Source: Leucoraja ocellata (lineage: Eukaryota). Taken from it: 64,000 bases of DNA. Location: the NCBI GenBank assembly GCA_036785375.1, contig JAWMAR010000008.1, positions 12,276,001 to 12,340,000 on the forward strand. The letters run 5' to 3'. A program made the position numbers and the translations under genes. Below are positions 1 to 12,357 of the stretch, one piece after another; position 1 is the stretch's first letter; each line of letters begins with the position of its first letter. The notes under the pieces are model-generated. The model searched no databases. It saw only the letters and a program-made list of their open reading frames with translations, and was not told where the DNA came from.

Positions 1-1223
1 AGCAAGTCTGCTGTTCGGTAAGCCCTCAAGTTAATCAGTAGTGACAAATAATTTAAATTCTTTCTGGTAATGACTCCCTCATAGTGGTCACTGATGTTAG
101 ATGTCCTGACAATCTAACCCAATAGTTCCCAACTTTCTAATGAAAGCCTCATGGTTTATACCCTTCCCCTGCCCCTTAAACCCCCAATGACATCATAGTC
201 CACTCCTTTTAAGGAGTTGGTGCTGTCCAAGGGATTCCCAGGAATTACAAGCAGTCCAAAGGCCGGCTGGCACTTAGAATGGCGTGCCTTTATTTATTGG
301 ATGGACTTTTGAACCAAATTACCTCAAAATTATTGAAGCTTCATGGACCTGCTGTAATCTTTGAACCCCCATCTCCTAGCCCAGCTGTCAGTAACACTTG
401 TGGTCCAGGACTGGCCAAGCCACTGACACCTAAAAGTACAATTAATATTCCATGAGTTGCTGTTCTCAAACTTGCATGCTGTGATGTGCAATGGGAGCCA
501 GAGGCCTGCCTTCCTGGCCAACATAGAGCACAGACTCTACCAGCGCTTTGAATTCTCCTGAGTGAATCGCTTTCAGCTGTGCAGTTGTGTGAAGCATTAG
601 CAAAACTGTTTTTTTCCACTTACGAAGTGAAGGGTGTGACGACCAAGAGCTGGCTTTTCACACAGGCCAGATAGACTGTGCAGAATCAGGTGAGATATTT
701 GGAAACGCTTCTTCAAGCCTTTGGTGCCAATTAGTGGTAGGGTCACAATGGAGCAGCGGTTACCTCCTTCCTTAGTCTTCCATTTGTATCTTTGGTTAGT
801 GGCCCAATCATGAAGCTTTGCCTCTGTAGGCACAGGTGGGCTGTGTTGGGACAGGACTGTACTTGAACCCTGCTAGACAGCATGATGCGGGGCTTATGGA
901 AGTTATCCAGTGGGACAGGCGCGTTTGAATATCAGTCAGTATAAAAATCTAACTTTGGAAACCTTGGGTTGGAGTCCACTAGAGCTACCAGACCGGCTTG
1001 GTAATCCATGTTTATCTAGATTTCTGGCAGCCTCTGTCCTTATCAAGGCATTATTAATCACTAAGGCACGAATATGACATAGCTCAAGTCTGTGTTCCTG
1101 AACTTTTGTTTAATGTATGGGGTTGAATATTGAAGATGGCAGCGCCTTGCTGTATCTTGTTAGTAGCATTCTCATTTTTCACTGTTCCTCACTTCAGTTC
1201 TGTTGCCAACCATTTATGCACAG

Positions 1224-1373
1224 GAAGAAGATGTCATCATTGAAGAATACGAGGGACAGGACACTGAGCCTGAAGGCAGCGGAGGGGAAAATGATATAAA
1301 GGAGCTGAGGGCAAAAAAGCAAGCACTGACTAAAAAATTTGCCGAGCAGCAACGCAGACAGGAAAAGATCCAG
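1224..1373 (+). CDS. SMG6: SMG6 (EST1A) internal coding exon: acidic linker and coiled coil before the PIN domain (EEDVIIEEYEGQDTEPEGSGGENDIKELRAKKQALTKKFAEQQRRQEKIQ)
   Basis: Translation matches the vertebrate SMG6 motif EGSGGE-D-I-ELRAKK...AEQQRRQEKIQ. Acceptor cag at 1221-1223, donor CAG|gtaccc at 1374. 150 nt, ending in phase 0 and splicing in frame to 24437. The 5' boundary is less certain (alternative AG at 1196-1197). Confidence 0.9.
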
Positions 1374-2637
1374 GTACCCAAGGCTCTTCACTGGGGGAAA
1401 ACTTTCCATCTTTTTTTTCTTTCATTTCTGTCAGCCTTGAATTGAAGCCAGAAGCATCTGTCTAGCCATATGCTTCAAACTCTTGTGCTATGCAGGCTTG
1501 GTTATAAAATAGGCAAACCAAAGACCCTTTTGGGAAAATGCACATGTGTGCCCTCGAGGCTTTGGCTTTGCTCCTGAACAGACTCAAGTTATTTTTCCAA
1601 ACTCAGCTTAACCTTTTAAAAGTAAGATAAATGTTTTAAAAAGTTAATATCAACAGGGTCTGATGTTTTTTACTCGATTTATTCATTCAGAAAAAGCATG
1701 TTTTCAGGCAGCTTCTTCCAAAGATTAATTTGTTTAAATCAGTTTCATGCATCTTTATAACGAGCTCTCTGCCTCAGATCCAGCAGCTCATATTAAAATC
1801 ATTAAAATCGATCACTGATTTAGTTAACCTGTGGACCATCTAGAACTGATTTCTTATTTTTGACAGGACTAATTCCTGCTTCAATTCCATTAACTCGTTT
1901 GGTGCTGAAACATTCATCCTATTACCGTACAAACAAGCTCACTGCCATGTTTCCTTTACATGATTCATTTTGGACATATCTTCAACATCAAGCTGTGGAG
2001 CCTTGTAGGTCTTGGAAAGAGTGCCGCAGTATGTTGAGCAGTATCACGTGGAACACTTTGTTTTTTGTCTTAACCACCTGTTTTACCTGGACAGCAGGGA
2101 ATCTTACAGTCATCCAGCAATCCATTCTTTCAAGTCCCGGTTATACATTTCTCAGTAGGACAATTTGCAGGCATTACTACTTTATTTAGAATGTGACTTC
2201 AATACAAGGGTGTGTGATTATTGACAAAGGAAACCACAAACTAAGTGTAACTACTTCACACTTTGGAATTAATTTTTATAACAGGATGTTGCCAGCACAG
2301 TGAATGAGAAGTTTGTCAAACTATCAAAAAGCAACCGGGCAGGTTTGTAATTCAACAGAAGAAGGTGTGCGGGGCTAAGGGAGATGACATGCTGGCAGGG
2401 CTGGGATATGATCCAAATTGAACCCTGAGTGGGGTGCGCTGATGGAGTTTGCCATTTGCACTTCATGTTATTCTCAAACGGAGGTCTGAGTCAGCACCTC
2501 CCGGCGGTGGGCTGTTTCCAGGGCCAAAGCTTTCCTGCTCCTGGATTGTGTTCTATCAGGCAGTCCATTACTTGAGCTCACTCAATCGTGGGCTCATTCA
2601 TTCAATCACATGCTCATATTACACAGCAACAATGAAT

Positions 2638-3103
2638 ACATAGAAACATAGAAAATAGGTGCAGAAGGAGGCCATTTGGCCCTTTGAGCCTGTCCCACCA
2701 TTCATTGTGATCATGGCTGATCATCCCCAATCAGTACTCCGTACCTGCCTTCTCCCCATATCCCTTGATTCCGCTAGCCCCTAGAGCTCTATCTAACTCT
2801 CTTTTAAATTCAACCAGTGAATTGGCCTCTACTGCCTTCTGTGGCAGAGAATTACACAAATTCACAACTCTCCGGGTGAAAAAGTTTGTTTCTCATCTCA
2901 ATTTTAAATGGCCTCCCCTTTATTCTTAGACTGTGGCCCCTGGTTCTGGACGCCCCCAACATTGGGAACATTTTTCCTGCATCTAGCTTGTCCAGTCCTT
3001 TTATAATTTTATACCTTTCTATAAGATACCCTCTCATCCTTCTAAATTCCAGTAAATACAAGCCCAGTCTTTCCAATCTTTCCTCATACAGCAGTCCCGC
3101 CAC
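2638..3103 (-). mobile_element. CR1-type LINE, 5'-truncated 3' fragment
   Basis: Minus-strand ORF LLYEERLERLGLYLLEFRRMRGYLIERYKIIKGLD...SRTRGHSLRI is the CR1 ORF2 C-terminus; CR1 tail read on + as tagaaacatagaaa. Confidence 0.92.
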
Positions 3104-4626
3104 ACTAGATCCAGAGTTCAAATGGCGCTATGTAAATGCAGTCTTTCTTTGCCTGCTGTTCCACTGAAGCCTCAGTGTCCATGTCGATAGCGTTGGACTG
3201 ACAGTTCCTGGTGCTTTCCCTTCTCTACAGCTTCAATATACTTTGTTGAATGCATTCAATACATGTCATTCACAGCATTTCTGAAGTTGTTGCTGGTACC
3301 TTGTTGGATTTTCACAATGGTCAGCTCTGATATTCAGATTATGAGGAGAATGTTGCAGCACAGTGATTCCCTATAACTATTGGAAATGCATTTCTGTTTC
3401 TTTCACCTTCTAAGATCCTTCATGATTTTTATCAGATCTCCTCACAACTTTGTCAGTGCAAGGAGAATCCCTGCCGCTTTTCCAATGCATCTGCTGACCC
3501 GAAGCCCCCATTCCTCGGCCCAGTATACACAATTACCTCTGAACACAAATGCATCTGTTTCCTGCAAAACTGGACAGCACAATTGGAACTGATCGATACA
3601 ATCATTCCCTAGTACCTTTATAACTAATTGGCCCTTATGGATCTTTTCCCAAGTGCCTTGCCTCTTCTCATCTACCAATGGGATCCCATTCTACTCGCTC
3701 CTTCTGGTCTCAAGAATACTAGCTTCCCCATCTGTCCTTCGGGAATTCCAGCTTTCCTTTCCGGCCTTCCAGAATTTCAGCTTTCAGTTATCCTGGTCTT
3801 TGGAGATTCCAGGCTCCTGACCTCCTGCTGCCTCCTCCTCCTGCCCTCATTGACTCCAGGCTTGGATTCTGGCCTTGACATCCCTCTCAGGCCTCAGAGA
3901 CAAGTATTGAATGCTTGTGTTAGAACCAAATGGGAATAATTGACATCTCTCTGACGTGGGATTACTTGCTTGACCCCATGTGCTAGATAATTTTGTGCAG
4001 ATGGTCACTATTTGAATGAATTGCTCAAGCAGCCAGATACACAGCATGTATCTGTCACTTGGCAATTCAGGATTCCCCATGCAACAGACTCAAAAGATGC
4101 ATCGGTGTATCCTGGTAATCAGTGATGATTATGATTAAAGCAACAAGTTAATCTCTTTAGTGCTGAGAACGTAAACATGGTTCATTTGCCAATTAAGACT
4201 CAAGGCATTAATTCTAACTTAATATTGCTGCCAAAATCCTGGGTGTTTTTAATGTGGTCTCCTCTGTTCCTATTTTCCCTGACCTGGTAGACTAGGAATT
4301 TGGTCCAAATATCTGGCACATATGTGGGAAACTGTCTCTTATCAGTCCCAGTGACCATTATAACAACACTGCATCAAGCCAAAATATGAGGTGGATGGAA
4401 AGAGATAGTTAAAAAAAAATTGTGAATAATCCTAAATCTGAAATGGTTGCGGGTTATTCAGCAGACAAAGAAATACTATTTGATTATCATAATATCAGAA
4501 CTAAGATGAACTAAAGTTTGAAGGTGTAAGCCCCAACGGATGGTGTCCTGTAGGTTTCTGGAAACATCAAGTGATGAGCAGACTTCTGTGCTATTCCTAA
4601 CTCCGTTTGCCAAAGATTTGCCTTTA

Positions 4627-4968
4627 TAAGAACATAGAAAATAGGTGCAGGAGTAGGCCATTTGGCCCTTCGAGCCAGCATTGCCATTCATTATGATCAT
4701 GGCTGATCATCCAAACTCAGGACCCCGTTCTGGCTTTTCCCCCACATCCATTGATTCCCTTAGCCCTAAGAGCTAAATCTAACTCTCTCTTGAAAACATC
4801 CAGTGAATTGGCCTCCACTGCCTTCTGTGACAGAGAAGTCCACATATTCACAACTCTCTGGGTGAATGTTTTTCCTCATCTCAGTCCTAAATGGCCTACT
4901 CCTTATTCTTAAACTATGACCCCTAGTTCTTGACTCCCCCAACATTGGGAAAAGTTTTCCTGCATCTG
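4627..4968 (-). mobile_element. CR1-type LINE 3' fragment
   Basis: DAGKLFPMLGESRTRGHSLRI translation, with the same 3' UTR and tail as the copy at 2638. Confidence 0.9.
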
Positions 4969-5261
4969 GCCACAGTACCCATTGGCTGCTGTCCACGTCC
5001 TAGTTTCCATTCGATCAACCTTGCTTTACACTCTCTTCCTGGCCTACTTCTCCCTTGGAACGCATTTTTCCTCCTTGCATTTCTTTTTTTCTTTCTGGCA
5101 GCATTTCCTTAAATTATCCAGCTGAGCTTTCCTGCCCTTGTTGCCAGAACAGCCTTCAGATCCTCATTGATGGGCCCACGTTGAATATGTCTTGCCTTTG
5201 GAATGCTCATGCTCCCTAATCCTGACCACCAAACCTTTCTCTACCAACTATCTCCCCTCTA

Positions 5262-5365
5262 CTCCAGTCTGAAGAAGGGTCGCAACCTGAAACATCATCT
5301 ATCTATTCCTGCAAAAGAAGATGCCTGGCCTGCTGAAATTCTCCAGCATTGTTTTTTGTTCTTTT
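5262..5365 (+). mobile_element. PLE-derived short repeat with degenerate hammerhead-like core
   Basis: ctgaagaagggtcgcaacctgaaacatc...gatgcctggcctgctgaaattctccagca, homologous to the copy at 6326 and to the end of the GIY-YIG element at 59824. Confidence 0.7.
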
Positions 5366-5747
5366 CATTCCTTTATTTCTACCCTGCTGCTGTCAGCTGC
5401 CAACACCTCCCTTATGAATTATTGGTTGCCCGCAACCTAGCTACTGGGGCATCCATCACTCTCTACTTGGGGAGCTTTCTTGTGGAGGAGCCCGTTGATA
5501 TGTTACAAACGGAAACCTACCTTGTGGCTATGAGCTACAGTCTCACATCTTTGTCTCCTCTTTGGGATGCCTGTTTTGCTATGAGTCTTTTTCAAACATT
5601 CTCATAGCTAAGTCTCACTGTCTGTTCCGGAGTGTATTTCTTCACTCTTTCTCACCATAACCATCCTCATCATTCTGCCTGCCTCATTACTGAAACCATC
5701 TGCCTCAACCTATACATCGTGATTCTCTCCCATTCTTAAAGTTCCTG

Positions 5748-6052
5748 TTTAGCTTAGTTTAGTTTAATTTTAGTTTGGTTTAAAAATACAGCCCAGAAAC
5801 AGGCCATTCAGCCCACCAAGTCCACGCCGCCCAGCAATCCCCACACACTAACACTATCCTACACACTAGGGACAATTTACAATTTTACCAACCCAATTAA
5901 CCTACTAACCCGTTCATCTTTGGTGTATGTGAGAATACCAGAGATCCCAGAGAAAATCCACGCAGGTCGTGCTAGTGCAAGCACCCGTAGTCAGGATTGA
6001 ACCTGGGTCTTTGACGCTGTAAGGCAGCAACTCCACCGCTGCATCACCCTGC
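5748..6052 (-). mobile_element. tRNA-derived SINE (elasmobranch HE1/V-SINE-like) with CR1-like tail
   Basis: Reverse complement begins ggtgatgcagcggtggagttgctgccttacagcg...ggttcaatcc (A/B boxes); tail is gtttag repeats on +. Homologous copies elsewhere in the window. Confidence 0.8.
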
Positions 6053-6325
6053 CACTCTGTTCATCCTTAACTTCACCTCTGCTTCCACAACTACTCCTTC
6101 TGTCTTCAAGCTTGCATGACCCATTCAGCTTTTACATGTACTTGAGCATAAAGTCACCCGTGCCTGCTATGCTACAGTATTCTTTACATCCTCTCTGAGT
6201 CCCAGCTTCCCATCCTCTGTGGCCAATATGCCCCTGCTGAATAGGTCCCTGACTGCAGTTTTTCTCTCTGGATTGAGTTTGCTCAAGGTGACAGTACAAC
6301 AATTCAAGATTGGCTCTATGATAGA

Positions 6326-6353
6326 CTGAAGAAGGGTCTCGACCCGAAACGTC
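6326..6353 (+). ncRNA. Minimal type I hammerhead ribozyme-like motif inside a PLE-derived repeat (repeat spans about 6324-6455)
   Basis: CTGAAGA-A-GGGTC-TC-GACCC-GAAA-CGTC: both conserved core boxes, a stem II, palindromic ACGT in place of helix III, and a GUC cleavage triplet. Helix I is poor. Confidence 0.65.
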
Positions 6354-8399
6354 GCCTATTCCTTCTCTCCATAGATGCCGCCTCACCCGCTGAGTTTCTT
6401 CAGCATTTTTTGTCTACCTTCGATTTTTCCAGCTTCTGCAGTTCTTTCTTAAACAAAGATTGGACCTTAGTCAGTTCTCCAGAGCAGATTGGATAATCTG
6501 AACCACCTGGAAAGATTGACTCAGAATGCAGATGATCATTGATGAGACCTAATGGTACAGACCTTCTGTGGGAAATTCCTACAAACTGTGCAGTTACTGC
6601 ATCTGTATTAGCTATTGCCAAGAAATACCGAAGCTCTGTGGATTTGTGCTAATGTGGTTTGTCCCTGTGTATATGATGTGTTGCATTCTATATTGGGCAA
6701 AGTGGAACTCTCCTTGTGTGAAGTTCACAGTAATTTAGTTCAGATGTTAATAAATATGGGGAATGGTTTCTGTGAATCAGACATCCAGCTGACTACAAAA
6801 AGATTAATCTATCATATGAGCTGGCATGATTTGGCAACTTCTACTGTTCCCTAATAATTCCGCTTCCATCAGCAATGTAAACCCCTTCGTAATGTGTGCA
6901 GTTTTTTGCACACTCTAAATTAATGTATAATTTTGCCCAATGAGTTGACCTTTGTTCCAAGCCGTTATAGTAGTGGCTAACTATGGAAAGTGCAGTGGAG
7001 GGGTGACGGAACCTGCGTATGCTGGGTGGGATTTGAAGATGCCCTTGGGACAGTAGGACTGCTCTGGATTTGGGTGCACTGTTAAATGATCAATATTCAT
7101 CATTACCTCTGAGTGTTTTGGTCACCCTCCTCTTGAACATCCTTGTTCTGATCAGAAATGATGCATTGAAGTGTTGACAGTAGAATCTGTGAGCACAAAG
7201 GACCACCTTCATACAATCTTTATGGTGGTGAACATTAAAGCACAAAGTTAAAATAGCGATTCAGTGGATTTAAGCCCTGAGTACTTCACTCTGGTGTGAA
7301 GGAACCCAGTGGCTTAACTGAACCGTCACCAGGGGTTAAAGCAGTGATTCTTGGAATACCATGTTTCCTATCCAACTGAACATAGAACAGTATGGCACAG
7401 GAACTGGCCCTTCGGCCCACAATGTCTGTGCTGAAAATTATGTCAAATAATTACCCATTCAAGATTCTTACTTTTAGCCATTGACGGCCTTAACATCTGC
7501 TTTCTGAAAATTCAGACACATGCCTGACAACCCCCTAACCCCCTATTCCACCTTTCTCCTCAAATTCAACCTTAAAGTTATCAGTTTCACTCTCTGAAGA
7601 TGCTACCTCACCAGCTGTTTCCAGCATTTTCCGTTTTCATTTCAAATTTCCAGTACTGCAGTTTTTGTTTATTTTCATCTACTCCAAAATGTTGGTCTTA
7701 TTCTCTATCTCCTGAAACAATGCCTTGAAAGGGTTTGAAGTTTGTCCATTCATTTTAACTTTATTGAAGATTAGAATCATCCAGGTAATTCTGAACTGGC
7801 TGACTGGGCAGGATCAGGCACAGCCTCAGCTTTACCTGTATTGCTCTACATCATCACCTGTTAACCTGGCTGTCTGTCGATAGAGCCTTGCTCCTGATCT
7901 CATTGGTTTGAATTAAAGTTGATCACCGTCTTTTCCATTTTATATGGCTTGTATCTTCTCCCCATCGTCCAGGCTACTTGCACCTGTAAGCAGCTAACTC
8001 AGGTCTCAGTTAATGGTACGGAAAAATAGATGTGGCGAGACTGAAGACAGAACCCAGTGTTTCTGATTCACCTGCCCATCTTAATGGCTCCCAACAAGAA
8101 CTGGAAACACAGCATTCCCCAACATGACCCCACCCCCTCCATCTGCAGCCTTTTAATTCTTGCGCAGAATCTGTAGAGATTTGCTTCAACCCTGGCCTGT
8201 TCCAGCACTACTCTTTCTAAGCCACATGCGATCTCAGTCTTTGCTCAATTTGATAATGACAGGTGTGATTTCAGCTTTCCCCGTGGCCATTAAGAACTCT
8301 ACATTTATAACAACTTGAATCATATAAAATCGCTCCAAAACATGTGACTCTTGTACACTGTCTCGGTGTACTATTCCTATGCACTTGTACTTAACTAAG

Positions 8400-8500
8400 A
8401 TTGTGCTTATGTGTAGTAAGACTTTTACTGAGCTGTATCCAGAAAGAGAATTTCACTGTACCTTGGTACATGTGACAATAAAATACCATTGAATGATTGA
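8400..8500 (+). mobile_element. 3' end of a non-LTR element (Rex1/RTE-like)
   Basis: gaatttcactgtaccttggtacatgtgacaataaa followed by attgaatgattga. A related reverse-complement copy lies at about 27275-27320. Confidence 0.45.
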
Positions 8501-8789
8501 AGCAGTAAACACCATTACTAGCGCTAATCAGCACAAAAAGCAAAAATATTGTGTAACAGTCCGCTCTCGGTGTGGGGTCCTCGTACAGTATAATTCATGC
8601 ATTTAAATATTTTCCTGTGGTCATTTTCGTCGCTTTGCTTGATGTTTTGGACCACGATGTTTAACACATATGATGCAGATCGAGGAGGAACTTTTTTCTT
8701 CGTAGCATATATGTTGTGGAATGATAATGGATGCAAATGTAATGGCAGCTTTCAAAAGGGAATAGGATAAATACAGCTAGGGAAGAGGA

Positions 8790-8812
8790 GGGGGGGGGGG
8801 GGGGGGGGGGGG
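8790..8812. repeat. Poly-G tract
   Basis: Run of about 23 G. Confidence 0.9.
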
Positions 8813-10045
8813 AACGACTAAATAGACAGCTCTTTAAAAGAGTGAGGACCGGCAAGATGGACCAAATGGCCTTCTGAGTTATATAATTCCATGAGCAAGG
8901 GAGAGTGCAAAACAATTTAGAACAAGAAGTACAATTGCCACAGGCAATAAAGTGCGATGTGAAACCAGTGATTTTATTACAAAATAAGCACACCAATATC
9001 GTATCCTGTGGCAAATTCTTTTATGACTAGACAATTGGGTGACAGACTTGTCAACACCCTGTCAGGTTTTGGCTGTTCAGGGCTAGTGAAGTATTGCCGA
9101 GACTGATTTTATACATTGTGTAATGGTTGTGTTCCCTCAGCATCTGATTCTCAATTCAGTTGTACATTCATTGAAAACTATTCAGAGGCCTTGGAAGCCA
9201 ATTTAAAATAGAGCTAAGTGTGTGACTGAAAGTCTATGAAATGAAACACATGTTCCACAAAGCTAGCTGGTTCAACTTCTGTGTTAAGGATGAGTCATCA
9301 GGTGTTTTCGCTCTTATTCAGTAGTTTGGAATAATGTCGCACTGAAGGAGGTCATTGAGCTTGCACCAGCATTGTGCAGGAGCAGTCCCATGCTACATTC
9401 TCTAGCTCCTTCCCAAAACTCTGCAACAATTTCATCTTGAAAAGAAGAGTGTCATCTCCTGCCATTGAGTCAGGCGTTAGCTCATGACCACTCGCAGCAT
9501 GAACAATATCTTGGTTTAAGTATGGATGGTAGTTTACATGTTTGATGGTTTGCAAAACTATTACATAAATTACATAAATGCTGGTACTGAGCTGTTTAAA
9601 ATCTTTGATGTGAAATTCATGCAGATTACTATGTTTAGAAAAAATATATACATGGAAACCAATCTCTGATATTTGGGAACCTTCGATTTACAGCAGTTTG
9701 GTCCTTGTGCTTTCCTGGGTCGGCACAAGTTGAGCAGTTTTGAAAGACTTTTATTGGTCTTTGAAACCTATTTAAATTTGTTTCCATTCGACATCTTGGA
9801 TTTCCATTTGATTCCATCATCCAGCTTCAAGATTTGTATCACGAGTTGGTGATGGAAACAAGGTTGAGATGCTGGAAACAGTGGAGAGGTCTATGACTGT
9901 CAGGGATCCTTATCCTTCCTGAATAAAATGTTACATTGCCAGCAGCTGTGCTGCAAATCAGAGAGAAAGACATGGTTAGTGGGAAGAGGCCTGAAGAATG
10001 TACTGGCCAAATACCATTTCTGCTTTTCTGCATTGGTTCCTTAAT

Positions 10046-10180
10046 CACAGGGAAGGAACACCTTCACCAGAAGGATAGAGCAGTTTTAGAAGGTGACTCA
10101 CCACCACCTTCTCAAGGGGCATTTAAGGGCCAATGCCCATATATGAATATGTGAAAGAGGGGGTGTAAACTGCATGTGGA
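10046..10180 (+). repeat. Copy 1 of a diverged ~135-bp direct repeat (copy 2 at about 11310-11443)
   Basis: Both share ggaacacct-cac-agaaggatagag-ag-tttagaaggtgactcaccaccaccttctcaagg...atgaata-tgaaag-gggtgtaa-ctgcatgt. Confidence 0.85.
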
Positions 10181-10254
10181 AGGAACCCTCCGTGATTCAC
10201 TGATTGGCTGTGATCAATCAGCACCCATTAAGAATAAGATGAAATGATGATGAT

Positions 10255-10445
10255 GCCAGATGGTATGTGTTGTGGCATCCAGAACTGGGTAGCATTGTGT
10301 TCCAATCTGACCTCGGCTGCTGTTCACTTGGAGTTTACATGTTCTCCCTGTAACCGCATAGGTACTCTGGTTTCTCCCAAGTCCCTGAGATGTTTGCGTA
10401 GGTGAATTGATTCATGTGAATTGCCCCTTGTGTGTGTAGGTGGTG
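10255..10445 (+). mobile_element. Old tRNA-derived V-SINE-like element
   Basis: Core ctgacctcggctgctgttcacttggagtttacatgttctccctgtaacc...ggtttctcccaagtccc, resembling the reverse complement of the SINEs at 5748 and 48860. Confidence 0.55.
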
Positions 10446-11309
10446 AGGAAAATCTAAAAGTGAGCAAGTGAAATAGAACAAGTTGCAGGGAAATATGCTG
10501 ATTTGATCTGAGAGCTAGCATGAACTTGGGGGGGGGGGGGCGGAATGGCCTTCCATGTCATGATAGAATTTGCAGGTTTTATATTTTTAACAATATAGAT
10601 GGAGCACGTTCAACCCATCAGGTCTATGCCAGCTCTCGGAACTATCCCAACACAATAACCTTGTATGAGCTTCACACAGCAAAGTTTCCCTTGTTGTCAG
10701 AAACTCTGTTAAGTATATGGTATCAAATGCACCTTGTCTTACTGTACGTGTCCTTTTCTTCACAAAGAAACTGCAACACCATGTCCTACACCAACACCAA
10801 TCCTTTCCACATTTCAAAATCAAGCTGTTAATAGATCGTGTTCCCATTTAGGACCAATCGGTGCTGCGATAAAATTTCAGTGCTCAGTTTGGGGTTTTAG
10901 GTATGGAACAGGGTGCATCTAGATCATGATTCCGCTCCCTGGACATAGGGTAGTTTCATCCAACTGTTACCAGAGGTTTAGATGCTTATTCATCATCTTT
11001 GGACATGGGAAGGTTAAAGCAAAGCAGGACAGAGGGGTTCTGCTAGCTGGGCACTAAGTGGTTCCTGAATTTATATAAAGGGATACAATCCAGCCATCGC
11101 TGTCCACTCAGTATGCAGCATTGATTTTAAAGAGATTACCAAACATTGTGAGAGATATGTTATGAGAACCAGAGACAAAAAATAAGGTTTTAAACCAGAA
11201 ATATACGTCAAGGGGCTTTGTATTAAACTCCTGGAGTACAGAGACTTGGTGGACATCTTGATTTGACTCAACGTCACTGGCTCCTAATCCTGGAGTTCCC
11301 CGCCCTAAA

Positions 11310-11443
11310 GCAGTGAGGGAACACCTGCACTAGAAGGATAGAGTAGCTTTAGAAGGTGACTCACCACCACCTTCTCAAGGAGTATTCTTGGACCAACACC
11401 CATAAATGAATACATGAAAGCGAGGGTGTAAGCTGCATGTAGA
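11310..11443 (+). repeat. Copy 2 of the diverged ~135-bp direct repeat
   Basis: Aligns colinearly with 10046-10180. Confidence 0.85.
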
Positions 11444-12357
11444 ACAATGGCTACGTGTTAGAGAACACATATTTATAAATTACAGAGAGGAAGTTAGGAT
11501 CTGAAAATGTGGGAAGTAAGAGTCTGAAGGATTGAAGGTATTTAAGTTCCATCAGTGAGGATGTGAGAAGAAATATTCCTGGGAAACCTTTAAGGAGAGT
11601 AGTGAAGAAATAAAACCTGAACATGGTGGCACACACAGGATTGATATTGTACAGTTTACAGAGCCTTTCATCATTTTATTTGATTATTTGGCCGAGATAT
11701 GGTGTTATTTAGCCAGATTGGATTTGTTCTTTTGGTACTTGAGCAATTTTCCACTTTGCCGACTGGTGCCAGTGCTTTATCCCTACTGGAGCAACTTGTC
11801 CCAAAGTGGGACACTGATCTGGAGTAGTACAGGTACAGCTGGAATGTCATCTGATCCTTTTTTTTTAATCTACCCAGTGTCTTCAGCCTTATCACATGGA
11901 GGTCTGAAGGCTTGTTACTTCAGCCTGGTCCTTGTAGCAACTTGAGGGTGACATGTTCTGGGAAGCACAGCCCCCAGAGACCTTTTTAAATTGTCCAATA
12001 TCAACCATTCCTACTTTCAGTGCCAGGACTGGAGAGTGGTTCTCAGTGAGCACTTCAAATCTGTCTTCTATCAAGACTCACTTCACCAGGCGAGGAGCTG
12101 GTCTGAATTCACCACTTGCATTAATCAGGAGTTCTGCCCATTGGTACACTGAAGGGAGTTGCAGGCTGCACATTGGGCAGTGACGCATCGGGCCAGAGCA
12201 AGGGCAGGGCTGGATGGTAGGGATGTTTATCATTCTTTCAGAATGTAGATTTTAAATAAACACCTTTCACCATTAATAAGCAGGACAATGAACAGTTCTC
12301 AACAAACATGTTGTCATAAATATGCAACACGCTGAAGAGAATAGGTTTTGTTTAGTT

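Noticed and set aside
5985-6052. tRNA-like A/B boxes (also near 29760 and 49240)
   Set aside because: SINE heads attached to SINE body and tail; no complete cloverleaf.
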